This document shows positions 10,544 through 20,900 of a DNA stretch of 48,708 nucleotides, one piece after another. The notes under the pieces are model-generated. The model was not told the DNA's origin. It made no database searches and saw nothing but the letters and a program-made list of their open reading frames with translations. Origin of the DNA: Chamaesiphon sp. GL140_3_metabinner_50 (GTDB lineage Bacteria > Cyanobacteriota > Cyanobacteriia > Cyanobacteriales > Chamaesiphonaceae); the NCBI RefSeq assembly GCF_025361915.1, contig NZ_JANYJC010000263.1, positions 1-48,708 of the forward strand, read 5' to 3'. Every line of letters starts with the position of its first letter. Position 1 is the stretch's first letter. Position numbers and translations under genes: made by a program.

Positions 10544-11446
10544 CTATCCCCGATCTTCTATCCCCTCTACAAATCGATCGATCGTGCTGTTGGCTTGCGA
10601 TCGATAGCTCCCACCGAATAAATTATAGTGATTGAGAATGTGATAGAGGTTATATAAATCCTTGCGCTGCGAGTACCCAGGATCTAATGGGTAAACCTGT
10701 GCGTATCCTTGGTAAAAATCGACTGGAAAGCCAGCAAACAACTCTGTTAATGCTAAATCTACTTCGCGGTCGCCCCAATGGATTGCTGGGTCGAATATGA
10801 CGGGGATACCCGCAGTGGTAAAGCTGGCATTGCCACTCCACAAATCGCCATGTACTAATGATGGTTGTGGTTGACGATCTGCCAAAATTCGGGGAATTGC
10901 CTGAAGTAATTTCGCAGCATTGGGAAAAGAGCCACCTTTGGCTTGGGCGAGTTGCAATTGATAACCGATCCGGTGGTTGGTAAAAAAAGTCGCCCAATTG
11001 TTTTCCCAAGTGTTAATTTGGGGTGTAGAACCGATCGTATTACTAATCTGCCAGCCAAATTTTACCCGATCGACCGGGCGAAACCGATGCATTGCTGCCA
11101 AATTCCTGCCCATTTCCAGCCAATGTTGCGGAGTGGCGGCGGTTGTCAAATCTAGATATTCCAGCACGATATAACTATGTTTCCCCACGATTCCCCAGCA
11201 AATTGGGGCTGGGACTTTAATCGTTTGTGTCGCGGCTAATTCTGATAATCCAGCCGCTTCAGCTTCAAACATCGCAATTAGCGATGCCTGATTGAGTTTG
11301 AGTAAATACTCTTGGCGATCCGATCGACTGCGACCGCTAATTCGATACACTTGATTGATACAGCCACCACCGATCGACTGACGATCGACAATCTCAAATT
11401 GTTCGCCTGTAGCTTGGGTAATCTGCGCGCCAATTTCTGTCCACAT
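10544..11446 (-). CDS. Fructosamine kinase family protein
   Basis: IGGGCIN, FEAEAAGL, PSLVHGDLWSGN, FDPAIHWGDREVDLA. Confidence 0.93.
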   Translation of the reverse strand: MWTEIGAQITQATGEQFEIVDRQSIGGGCINQVYRISGRSRSDRQEYLLKLNQASLIAMFEAEAAGLSELAATQTIKVPAPICWGIVGKHSYIVLEYLDLTTAATPQHWLEMGRNLAAMHRFRPVDRVKFGWQISNTIGSTPQINTWENNWATFFTNHRIGYQLQLAQAKGGSFPNAAKLLQAIPRILADRQPQPSLVHGDLWSGNASFTTAGIPVIFDPAIHWGDREVDLALTELFAGFPVDFYQGYAQVYPLDPGYSQRKDLYNLYHILNHYNLFGGSYRSQANSTIDRFVEGIEDRG

Positions 11447-11474
11447 CTGAGTAGTTCCTGTTGACTTTATTACC

Positions 11475-13289
11475 CTAGCCCCGTTGGCGGAGCCTCTCCT
11501 TTGGAGAATCTCGTAATTGCTCGATTAACTCCATCGCCTTGGCACTCCAAATTTGGAGATTACGCCCGAATCTTTGAGCTTTAGCCGGAATCTTATTGGT
11601 AAAGGTGCGGATTTTAGCTTTGGTAATATTAAATAACTCGCTTGTCTGTGTTTGCCACGTTTTTTCGCTTGTGACTGTGGCTGGTGCGGTTGTTGCTGTT
11701 GGTGCTGCTGGAATTACTGGTGGTGCTGGAGTGGGATTTGGTTGCGGTGATTTTACTGGTAGAGATGGTGCGGTCGGCTTATCTGCTAACTTAACCTGAG
11801 GTGGCACGATCTCGACTTTCGATGGCTCCCGATTGACTGTTGGTGACAGGATTGGGTTCGGAATAACTATTTCAATTGGCTCTGGATTAGCTGGCGGCGA
11901 ATTTTTCGTCGGTTCGAGGGTAATCGGTTTGATTGGAGCGGGTTGTGCGACTATTGTTGGTACTGGAACGATAACAATCGGTGTGGCTGCTGGCGTTGGT
12001 AAAACGATCGGTAGCTTCTGGGGATTATCTACTCGGCTCGGCTGTTGAATTGGTGCTGAGACTGGATTGGGCGCAGTTTTGAGGATCGGTGCTGGTACTT
12101 CGATCGGAGTAGCATTAGGTAAGGTTTTTGCGATCGGTTCGGGCGTTAAAATTGGGCTAGGTTGAGGTTTAACTCCAGATGGTGCGATCGCAATCGGTGG
12201 TACTACTATCGGTGCTGGATTAGATCCTATATTTGGGGTTGGTTTAAGTTCGGGTGACGGTAGGATAACGATCGGGGTTGTTGTGGGCGTTGGGAGCGGC
12301 TTACTGACTGGTGTTGGGACGATCTCTGAAGCTGGTTCGATCGCTACATAATTAGGCTCTACTAGCGTTCGGGCTAAATCTGGACTGAGTTCGCCACCAA
12401 TCAATTTAGCTAGTGCATCCCGATTTTGAGGATCGTAAGTAAAGATCGCCAAAGTATCGTTATAAACATTGGGGATCGGGTTGCCGAGATCGTCTACTAG
12501 CTCCAACCTCACCCAGTTTTTACCTTTTTTAAAACCTTGCAGATAGATCGGTGCCCATCGATCTAGGCTAAATTGTTGGTCGTTGACGGTGACTCGTACG
12601 CGCCAGTTTGCTTCACTTTGCTCGCTATCTCGATCGGGAATATTGGTTAAATAATAATCCAGCATAATTGGCTCGGCACTATAAGTCCCCGCCGGACGAC
12701 TGTAAGTTAGTAAGGGTTGCTGGAGATCGGGCTGGTTTTCCGCAGTTTTGGTTAATACGTGAAATGTCACCAGATCGAATGCACCCTGATTTTTAAAACT
12801 TTCATGCCAAGGGCGCGATGCAAATACACGCAAAGTGTGGGTTCCAGCCGCTAAATTTTTAAAAACCAAGGGTTGACTCAAATCGTACACGCCTTGGTAA
12901 GTCTGTTTGTCGAGAATGACGTGTAAATGATTGCCCAATCCCAGTTCGGGCTGCTTGAATAGGGGTAAATCGCTGACCTTTAATTTAACAGTAACTCGAT
13001 CGTCAGCCAGTATTTCATCGGGTTTAGGGCTGATAATCTGCACTTGGGGCTGATACTTATCCAGGCTGGGGGCTAGTTGTAAGATACTTGCGGGGGTGTT
13101 GACTTCGGCTAATGGCCCATCACGATTAACAATTGGTGTAGCACTAACCTGAGGCTCGATCGAGACATCCTTAGTAGTAGGTGGCAAGTTGTCGCAACTA
13201 GAAATCCCGATCGTCAGCATCAGTACCAGACACGATCCGATTAGCAATTGAGATATTTTCCACTTTAGATTCGCTCTTAACACCCGCAC
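11475..13289 (-). CDS. Putative lipoprotein with two beta-rich domains and a long Pro/Thr-rich tail
   Basis: Signal with lipobox-like GISSC; GNHLHVILD and GTHTLRVFASRPWHES segments; Pro-rich C-terminal half. Confidence 0.75.
   Translation of the reverse strand: MRVLRANLKWKISQLLIGSCLVLMLTIGISSCDNLPPTTKDVSIEPQVSATPIVNRDGPLAEVNTPASILQLAPSLDKYQPQVQIISPKPDEILADDRVTVKLKVSDLPLFKQPELGLGNHLHVILDKQTYQGVYDLSQPLVFKNLAAGTHTLRVFASRPWHESFKNQGAFDLVTFHVLTKTAENQPDLQQPLLTYSRPAGTYSAEPIMLDYYLTNIPDRDSEQSEANWRVRVTVNDQQFSLDRWAPIYLQGFKKGKNWVRLELVDDLGNPIPNVYNDTLAIFTYDPQNRDALAKLIGGELSPDLARTLVEPNYVAIEPASEIVPTPVSKPLPTPTTTPIVILPSPELKPTPNIGSNPAPIVVPPIAIAPSGVKPQPSPILTPEPIAKTLPNATPIEVPAPILKTAPNPVSAPIQQPSRVDNPQKLPIVLPTPAATPIVIVPVPTIVAQPAPIKPITLEPTKNSPPANPEPIEIVIPNPILSPTVNREPSKVEIVPPQVKLADKPTAPSLPVKSPQPNPTPAPPVIPAAPTATTAPATVTSEKTWQTQTSELFNITKAKIRTFTNKIPAKAQRFGRNLQIWSAKAMELIEQLRDSPKERLRQRG
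11484..11507 (+). mobile_element. 24-nt HIP1-core-inserted micro-element, copy 1 (in CDS)
   Basis: CG|TTGGCGGAGCC-TCTC-CTTTG-GAGA|ATCT. Confidence 0.7.
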
Positions 13290-13442
13290 CTCTGCTGCCC
13301 AAGTTACTAGTTTGCAATGCCTATTTTACTAGGGTTGGCAAGTTTTTCACCGATTTCGGCTCGATCGACCGCCAACTTTTTTCAGATTCGATCGATTGCA
13401 ACCATTCCTACTGGCTTTCTTAGAGCTAAAAACCCAGCAGAC

Positions 13443-13982
13443 CTAGTTTAAATGACTGGTAATGCCGCTCGACTGTGCGAGTGGTCGATCGAGACCTAGA
13501 ATGAGAATTTGGATAGGTTCTAACCCATTTTCTTGCGGAACGATCGCCATGTGGCTGACAAAACTAAGCTGATTGACTTCGCGATAAGCGAGTGGAATCG
13601 ATCGAATGGTATCGGGAGCGATATCGAGCAAGACTGGTGCATCTTTGACGGGAAGACCGCACAGTTCGCCAGCCTGAGTATGAAAGAGAATCAGAAATTT
13701 AGAAGTATCTTGCTGGGGGTCGATCGTGGTAAATTTTTGACGTAAGTCTACAATTGTTAAGGTTCGATCGCCGAGATTCATCATGCCAATCCCGTCGCGG
13801 AGAATTGCTCGTTCGTTGGGATAAACGATCGCTCGATCGACTGCTGCTACTGGTAAAGCAAAGATATATTGCGAGATCGAGGTGTTCTCCATATTTGCCA
13901 GTGAGAACACGACCGTTCGCAGAGTGTCATCATCATCACTAACGCTAGATAGTCGTTTTGGTAAAAGAGATGGGGTTTGCAT
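13443..13982 (-). CDS. cheW: CheW-like coupling protein
   Basis: FALPVAAV, GIGMMNLGDRTLTIVDL, GELCGLPV; follows cheA. Confidence 0.8.
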   Translation of the reverse strand: MQTPSLLPKRLSSVSDDDDTLRTVVFSLANMENTSISQYIFALPVAAVDRAIVYPNERAILRDGIGMMNLGDRTLTIVDLRQKFTTIDPQQDTSKFLILFHTQAGELCGLPVKDAPVLLDIAPDTIRSIPLAYREVNQLSFVSHMAIVPQENGLEPIQILILGLDRPLAQSSGITSHLN

Positions 13983-13989
13983 TCTAGGA

Positions 13990-14051
13990 AGTAAGGAGTA
14001 AGGAGTAAGGAGTAAGGAGTAAGGAGTAAAGAGTAAGGAGTAAGGAGTAAG
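13990..14051. repeat. STRR heptamer array (AGTAAGG) x ~9
   Basis: Directly visible tandem repeat. Confidence 0.95.
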
Positions 14052-14118
14052 AATTAGGTATGCAATTAAGTAGCTAGGCGCAAATATTTGTTAGACATAA
14101 ATCGCCTGAAACTTAGAT

Positions 14119-14139
14119 GGTGGGCAGTGCCCACCCTAC
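14119..14139. repeat. REP-like small palindrome GGTGGGCAGTGCCCACCCTAC
   Basis: GGTGGGCA-G-TGCCCACC palindrome followed by CTAC, typical of cyanobacterial intergenic repeats. Confidence 0.65.
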
Positions 14140-14179
14140 GCAATATCTATCCCCTATTCCCTATTCCCTATCCCCTAAT

Positions 14180-17100
14180 TTAAACACCTACTTCACTGGG
14201 TTGAGCTAATTTAGCAATGATGTCTAAGAGTTCGCGATCGGATTGGGGTTTAGTGAGGTAGTCTTTGGCTCCTAGAGTCATGGCGAGATCGCGGTGTTTT
14301 TGACCGCCGCGAGTGGTGAGCATAACGATCGGGATTTGGGATAATTTAGGATCTTGACGACAGTAGCTCAGGAACTCAAAGCCATTCATTTGGGGCATTT
14401 CAATATCGCAAACTACCAAGCGAACTTTGGGGTGTTCTTGAAGGCGGAGGATGCCTTCTCTACCGTGACTGGCTTGGATGACTTGACAGCCAGCTTTACT
14501 CAGGGAACGCGCCAGACTTTGACGTTGGACGAGCGAATCATCGACGACAAGGACTTGTAACTGTCTGCCCTCTTGGGTGATGGTGCGGTTTTTGAGCCGA
14601 TCGATCGTTTGGGCAACTTCGTCGGGAAGTGGGGTGTCGGCGGCGGGAGGTAGTACTGCTTGAATATTACCCGGTAGCGCGGCGACTTTTTTCGCCGCCA
14701 GCGGTTGGGTGGCTGTGGCGGTTGTCCGTACTCGTGCTAGCAATTCGATCGGATCGAGTGCGAGGGTGAGGCTTCCGTCGCCTAAGACGCTGTAACCTTG
14801 AATGTAGCTGGGCAATCCAAATGTGGTACCGAGCGATTTGACTACTAGTTCTTGCTCGACGAGAATGCGGTTGACTTCGAGACAGATTTGTTCGTTGTCG
14901 ATTTCGAGTAGGAGTAGGGCGTTGGTGCTATTTTTAGCTTTGACGGGAAAGAGGTTGGTGACATTTTGCCGATCGGTTAAAATCGCACAGTGATAATCGA
15001 TTAAGCTACTAACGGGGTAAATAGGAATCAATTTGCGCTCTGAACCTTCACCCAGGCGGAGGAAATTAGTAGCGCGATCTGATTGTAAGGCTTGAGATTG
15101 AATCCGATCGGGGGTGGGGATTAATACCTGAGCGATCGCATCGGAGCGCAGCGCGTGAATGAAGCCTTCTGACTCGCAAATCATCAGCCTAGTGGTGGTG
15201 AGATTGAGCGGGAATTGCATTGTGAAAGTGGTACCTTGACCAGCCACAGAGCGAACGTCGATCGTCCCCTGTAAGGCTCCAATCCGGTCGCGGACGACAT
15301 CTAAACCGATGCCGCGACCGGAAAGATCGTTAACTTTCTCAGCGGTCGAAAATCCGGGGGCAAACATAATTTCGGCAAGTTCGGCTTCGCTGGCGGTATT
15401 GGCTGTAGCAGCTTCGAGCAGGTGGAGATCGATCGCGCGGTTGCGGATTCGATCCCAGTTTAAGCCTTGACCGTCATCGCTGACTTCAATTTTGGTACGG
15501 TTGCCTTGGTGGTAGACTTTGATGGTAAGTTGTCCGGTTTCGGATTTGCCGTGGAGCGCGCGCTGTTCGGGCGGCTCGATGCCATGATCGTAAGCGTTCC
15601 TAACCAGGTGGAGCAGCGGATCGTAGAGTTTTTCGGCAATGATTTTATCGATCGAGACTTCACTCCCGATTAGTTCCAAGCGGGCGGGTTTGCGATGGGA
15701 AGCTACCATCTGCTGGAGTAGACGGGGGAAGCGATTGAGTACGCCCGCAATTTCAATCATTCTGGCTTCAAATAGTTCTGACTGCGCCTCGCTAAGTAAT
15801 TGTTGGCGTTTGTGCATTGTCAGTCGCGATCTTTGAGTCATTTCGGCGAGGTTGCCGACTTGAACTCCTAATTCGGCAAGATCGTCGGTGAGATTTTGCA
15901 GTAAGATACTCAAGTCGCTGTAGACATCTAATTCGAGGCTATCGAATTGAGATTGAATTTGACTGTTGGCATTCTTTTTACCCGATTTAGATCGCTTTTT
16001 GATGGATTTACCGCGACGGGATGCTAGTTTCTGTCGATCGTCGATCGCGGCGTGTTTATCAGCCCAATCGCTGACTAGGCGCAGTTTTTGTTCGCAGCGA
16101 CGATATTGTTCGACGGTGACTTGAGTGAGTTTTTGGAGTTGTTGAGCGCGGAGATCTTGCTGGTTGTCGTCGATGAGCAGTTCGCCGATGGTGTGGCTGA
16201 GGCGTTCGAGTTGAACGGTAGCTACCCGCACGCTGACGGATAAATCGGCTGGTGCTTCGCGTTCTGGGGTGGGGCTGGTTTCAGCTAGATCTTCGCCTGT
16301 CGGTGCCAAATTGTCGAGCGAGATCGATTGGAAAATGCGATCGACTCCCGATTTAGTCACGATCGTCAGTTCGGTGCTGGAATGAGATTCAATTGCTTCG
16401 ACTAGATATTCTGTCGGCTCCGGCTCGAAAGAACCAATTTCGACAATCTCTGGTTCGAGATCTACAATAGTTGGTGCGGTAGTTTCATCGTCTACTAAAG
16501 ATAACCATTCCTCGGCATTATCGCCGCGATCGATCGCCATTGGCGGATCGGCGATGGTTTCATCGTCTGCTAATGCCAGCCATTCGGTTGCACGAAGATC
16601 GAGATTGGCTGTCTGTGCGGATTTCTCGCTCGTCGTGTCATCGTCTACTAACGACAGCCATTCGGTGGTAGTTGCATCGTCATCTACGCTCGCGACTAAT
16701 GGTTCGACGATCGTTTCATCATCTACTAACGACAGCCATTCGGATGAAGCCTCACTGTTACCGACGCTCGATGTCGGATCGTCTGTCGGTTCGTCATCTA
16801 CTAACGATAGCCACTCTAACGAATCAGAACTATTAGTGCTAACTTCAGCCTCCGCATCGCCGATATTAGTAAAACTAGTCGGCTCGACTAATGATAACCA
16901 ATCAGCCGCAGTATCTACCTCGATCGATTGTGCTGATGTAAATTGGGCTGGAGCCGAACCGACTCCCCAAGCTGCTAGTTCCGCAGATACCTCACCGCCT
17001 TTCGATCGATCTCCCCCAGCAATCTCGATTTGGGCTTGTTGGAAATTTGCTAAAGCGATCGGCGCAAGCTGCAAAACTCTAGCAGGATGGCATTCTAAGG

Positions 17101-17740
17101 CGTAGAGCGTAGTCTTGGCAATTGCCGCAATTCCGGGCAAACTGTAAGATCCGCCCAGCTCTAATAAAAATTCAGCTAGCGATCGGAGACTTTCACTAAC
17201 TTTATACTCTTGTTGACTGGCGATCGCCGCAGCTAAATCTTCAAAATCGTGGGGAATACTATCGGTAAAAATCGATCCGATCACATCGAATCCCAATTCC
17301 GCCGCCGTCGGTAAGGGTGTCTCGCGTCCGAAAAAGTCACCTAAATGAGTTTGTAATCTGGCAAATAATGTCGCCGTCCGCTCTAGAGTGGCAGCTTCAT
17401 CGTAGGGCACTTTGGCAAGTAAGGCACTCAAGGGGTCGTAGAGGCAATCGTAGCCCTCCATTAACAGTAACCCCAATTCGGGGTCGATCTCTAATTCGGG
17501 CGGGTACAGAGCCTGGAAGACATCTTCTAGGTGATGCGCGATCGTCTCGATCGTTTTAAATCCACAGTTAGCCGCACTACCTTTAATTGTATGTGCCGCC
17601 CGCATCAGAGTATGCACCCGCTCGATCGTTTTTTCTTCTACTAGGCTTAGTAGTGTTTGTTCGATCGTTTGCAGTAATTCCGCCGCTTCGATCTCAAAGT
17701 ATCGATCGAGTGACTCTTGAAAATCTAGATCGTCGGTCAT
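14180..17740 (-). CDS. cheA: Hybrid CheA histidine kinase / receiver (PixL-like)
   Basis: Hpt LMRAAHTIKG; HATPase HLVRNAYDHGIE, DDGQG, GFST..SGRGIGLDVV; CheW domain; C-terminal REC (CDIEMPQMNG). Confidence 0.96.
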   Translation of the reverse strand: MTDDLDFQESLDRYFEIEAAELLQTIEQTLLSLVEEKTIERVHTLMRAAHTIKGSAANCGFKTIETIAHHLEDVFQALYPPELEIDPELGLLLMEGYDCLYDPLSALLAKVPYDEAATLERTATLFARLQTHLGDFFGRETPLPTAAELGFDVIGSIFTDSIPHDFEDLAAAIASQQEYKVSESLRSLAEFLLELGGSYSLPGIAAIAKTTLYALECHPARVLQLAPIALANFQQAQIEIAGGDRSKGGEVSAELAAWGVGSAPAQFTSAQSIEVDTAADWLSLVEPTSFTNIGDAEAEVSTNSSDSLEWLSLVDDEPTDDPTSSVGNSEASSEWLSLVDDETIVEPLVASVDDDATTTEWLSLVDDDTTSEKSAQTANLDLRATEWLALADDETIADPPMAIDRGDNAEEWLSLVDDETTAPTIVDLEPEIVEIGSFEPEPTEYLVEAIESHSSTELTIVTKSGVDRIFQSISLDNLAPTGEDLAETSPTPEREAPADLSVSVRVATVQLERLSHTIGELLIDDNQQDLRAQQLQKLTQVTVEQYRRCEQKLRLVSDWADKHAAIDDRQKLASRRGKSIKKRSKSGKKNANSQIQSQFDSLELDVYSDLSILLQNLTDDLAELGVQVGNLAEMTQRSRLTMHKRQQLLSEAQSELFEARMIEIAGVLNRFPRLLQQMVASHRKPARLELIGSEVSIDKIIAEKLYDPLLHLVRNAYDHGIEPPEQRALHGKSETGQLTIKVYHQGNRTKIEVSDDGQGLNWDRIRNRAIDLHLLEAATANTASEAELAEIMFAPGFSTAEKVNDLSGRGIGLDVVRDRIGALQGTIDVRSVAGQGTTFTMQFPLNLTTTRLMICESEGFIHALRSDAIAQVLIPTPDRIQSQALQSDRATNFLRLGEGSERKLIPIYPVSSLIDYHCAILTDRQNVTNLFPVKAKNSTNALLLLEIDNEQICLEVNRILVEQELVVKSLGTTFGLPSYIQGYSVLGDGSLTLALDPIELLARVRTTATATQPLAAKKVAALPGNIQAVLPPAADTPLPDEVAQTIDRLKNRTITQEGRQLQVLVVDDSLVQRQSLARSLSKAGCQVIQASHGREGILRLQEHPKVRLVVCDIEMPQMNGFEFLSYCRQDPKLSQIPIVMLTTRGGQKHRDLAMTLGAKDYLTKPQSDRELLDIIAKLAQPSEVGV

Positions 17741-17744
17741 AATT

Positions 17745-17922
17745 AGTGAATAGTGAATAGTGGATAGTGGATAGTGGATGGTAAATAGTAGATGATGAAT
17801 AGTAGATGGTGAAATCGGGGCTTGAGGTCACATCCTTTGCTAAAAGGATGCTAGAGTGGACGCGCAAGCGTCCCAATCCGATCGCTAACCACTATTCACT
17901 AATTCACTATTCACTGATTCAC
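17745..17922. repeat. Oppositely oriented STRR blocks (TAGTGAA/TAGTGGA and TTCACTA)
   Basis: Heptamer arrays at ~17745-17812 and ~17891-17922 in the MCP-cheA spacer. Confidence 0.8.
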
Positions 17923-17925
17923 TTC

Positions 17926-20900
17926 CTAATCCACCTTAAAGCGGCTGACACTAGTCTCAAGCACTTGCGAGGTGGTAATTAGCTGTTGGCAAGATTCGGC
18001 AATTTGCATCGCGCTGTCGGAGGTGAGATTGGCGATGGTGGCTACATCTGTCATCACTTCGGTGAGTTTGCGAGACTGAATGTTTTGGGTACCCGCAGAT
18101 TTACCGATGGCTTTGACTAGTTCGCTAATTTGTCCGGTAGCCACGACGATTTCGCTGAGGCTCTGTCTGGTTTCGTTAACGAGGTTGGTACCTTGCACGA
18201 CTTGGGCGATGCCGATTTCCATTGCTTCGGTAACGTCGTTGGTGTCGATCCGAATTTCGTCTACCAAGCGTTCGATTTCGGTAGTTGCATTGGCAGATTG
18301 ATAAGCCAATGAGCGTACTTCGTCGGCGACGACGGCAAATCCTTTCCCATATTGTCCGGCGCGGGTGGCTTCGATCGAAGCATTAAGCGCAAGCAGGTTG
18401 GTTTGGGTGGCGAAGTTTTCGATTAAGTTAACGACTTTAGAGATTTTCCCGAAGGTTTCACCCAGACGTTTGATTTTTTTAGCGGTAGTAGATACAGTCG
18501 ATCGAATTTCGAGAATTTCTTCGACGGTGCTTTCCATCAGCGTGTCGCCATCTTGAACGGTGCGGTTGGCTGATTGGACTACTTGCTCGACTTTTTGGGC
18601 TAAGTCGGCGACTTCTTGGCTGGAGGCTGCCATTAAGTCTACTTGAGTCAAGGCGCGATCGAGTTGTTCGAGTTCTTGTTCGGCTTGAGCGGAAAGGTTA
18701 TTTACCAGCAGGTTGTTTTCGTTAGAGGTACCACTCACGCTAATGGCAGCGGTTTGAACTTGACGGACTAATTCCCGCAGGCTTTGAATGGTGGTGTTAT
18801 AACCGTCGGCAATTGTCCCGATCTCGGTTTCAGATAGCGGCGCACGGACGGTTAAATCGCCTCGGAAGGAGGGCGCGATCGCTTTGAGGACTTTTAAAGC
18901 CTCGTCTTCTAGTCCTTGGCGGTTAGCGCGTTCTCGATCGACTAGGGCGGAAAGTTCTTGCTCTTGGGTGCGGACTCGTTCGAGGTAGGCAGAAAGTTGT
19001 AATGCGGTACCGATTTGCATGGCGACTTGCTCGATCACGGCACGTTCGGATACATCCCAAGCGCGCGGTGCATCGTTTTGATAAACTCCCAACAATCCCC
19101 ACAGGGTATTCCCGATGAAAATCGGTGCCAAAATGTAAGCCTTGGCTTGATATTTTTCGAGAGAGTTAATATAGCAATCGGGGAAGTTTTGGGTGTAGAT
19201 ATCATCGATTGCGGTTGATTTCTCACCTTTGGCATATTTACCACCTTTGGTATTCTTGAGGTAGGTATCTTCTTCGGTGTTATCTTTTTGCGACCATTTG
19301 CGGAGGATGCAGCGATCGTTATTGGTACGATTGCCAGTTAAGACTTCATCTTTGGGTTGCTCGATTAGCAGCGATACCCAGCCACTACCAACGGCTTCGG
19401 CGACGACTTGACCGCTCCAGTCGGGGTTAAACTGATAAATGACAGATCGATCGGTTTTAGAAGCTTGGCGAACTTCTTGGACGACACTGGTAAAGACATC
19501 ATCGACGACTAACGATTGACGAATTTTATCGGCAATCCGGTTGATAGTTTGTTCTTGCTCGGCGCGTTTTTTGAGTTGTTCGATATAGTCGATTTGCTCC
19601 ATCGCAATCCCGACTTGTAGCCCCATTTGGCGCAGCGTTTCGATTTCTTCTTCTTGCCATTTCCGCACGCCAGAGTTTTGATAAGCGGCAATTAATCCCC
19701 ACAATTTACGATCGGCACCAAAGATCGGTGCGAGCATATAGGCTCTTGCTTCAAACTGTTCGAGCAGTTGAATGTGACAAGTTTGGTGTCCGACAGTGTA
19801 AATATCATCGACGGCAAAGCATTCACCATCTTTATACCGTCCGCCTTGAGTGCGTTGCAAGAAGGTATCTTGAACGATATGGACGGTTTCAATTAAATCG
19901 ATCCAGCCAGGAGCCGCTGATTCGGCAATAAATCTCCCACTCCAATCGGCATCGAATTGATAGATTGCCAGTCTGTCGCTATTAAGCAGTTTCCGCCCAT
20001 CTTGGGTCGCAACCTGAAACACAGTCCGCTCGTCTTTGGCACTTCTGAGCCGCTCTTGCAGCTTAGAAAGTCCCCGCTCCCGTTGGAGCCGTTCTTCCAT
20101 TTTCTGGGTCTGAAACTGAGCCAGACGGCGGCTGGTGGTTTGCTGAATTGGGAAGCTAAAACTTTTGGCATAGTCGAGCATAGCTTGGAGTTCGGACTCT
20201 TGCCAGTTGCGCGCGCCAGAGTTTTGGTACACACCTAACATGCCGACCAATTGATTGTTCTTCAAGACCGGGACGACGATGTACGCCTTCATTTGCAGCG
20301 GTTCGAGAGATTCTAATAAGCAGCGATCGAATCTTTTAGCAGCAATATCATTGACTACGTAATAAGGCTTATAGTTATTGCCGTTAATCGAGTAGTCCAA
20401 GTCTAGTGATGTTCCCGCCTTCGCCCAGTTAACGCCGACGGATTCAGCAATGACATTACTGCTCCAGTCAGGATTGTAAGCGACGACCATCGCTCGATCG
20501 GCTTGCAGATTGTGACGGATATTGTCTAGTGTTGCCTGCATCACTTCCTGGGCTTCAACCTCGATCGCGGCTAATAAATCGCGGCGTTGGGATAATTGCA
20601 GTAGCGGTTGATTGGGCTGAACTGCCAGCGTGAGTTCTAGGGATAATTGGGACAAGCAAGCAGTTTCGGCTTCCGACCAGGTGCGGGGACGATCGCATTG
20701 ATGAACGACCAATAAACCCCACACGCGACCCAAACTATAGCTGTCGTTGGCTGCGGAGTAACCGTTGATTAAAATTGGTACGGCGATCGTCGCCTGCACT
20801 TGATACTGTTCTAAAATTTGCTTTTGGTAAGGGCTGGTTTCGCTATTAATCAACGCGATCGTCCGTTGAGAGCGATCGTCAGTGAATTGCTCGAAGCCAA

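Noticed and set aside
16484-16903. Regularly spaced DNA repeats resembling a CRISPR array
   Set aside because: The repeats are degenerate at third codon positions and in frame within cheA, and no cas genes are present; they are protein repeats.
16554-17105. 183-aa antisense ORF with STNDSHS repeats
   Set aside because: It is the antisense shadow of the CheA repeat linker.
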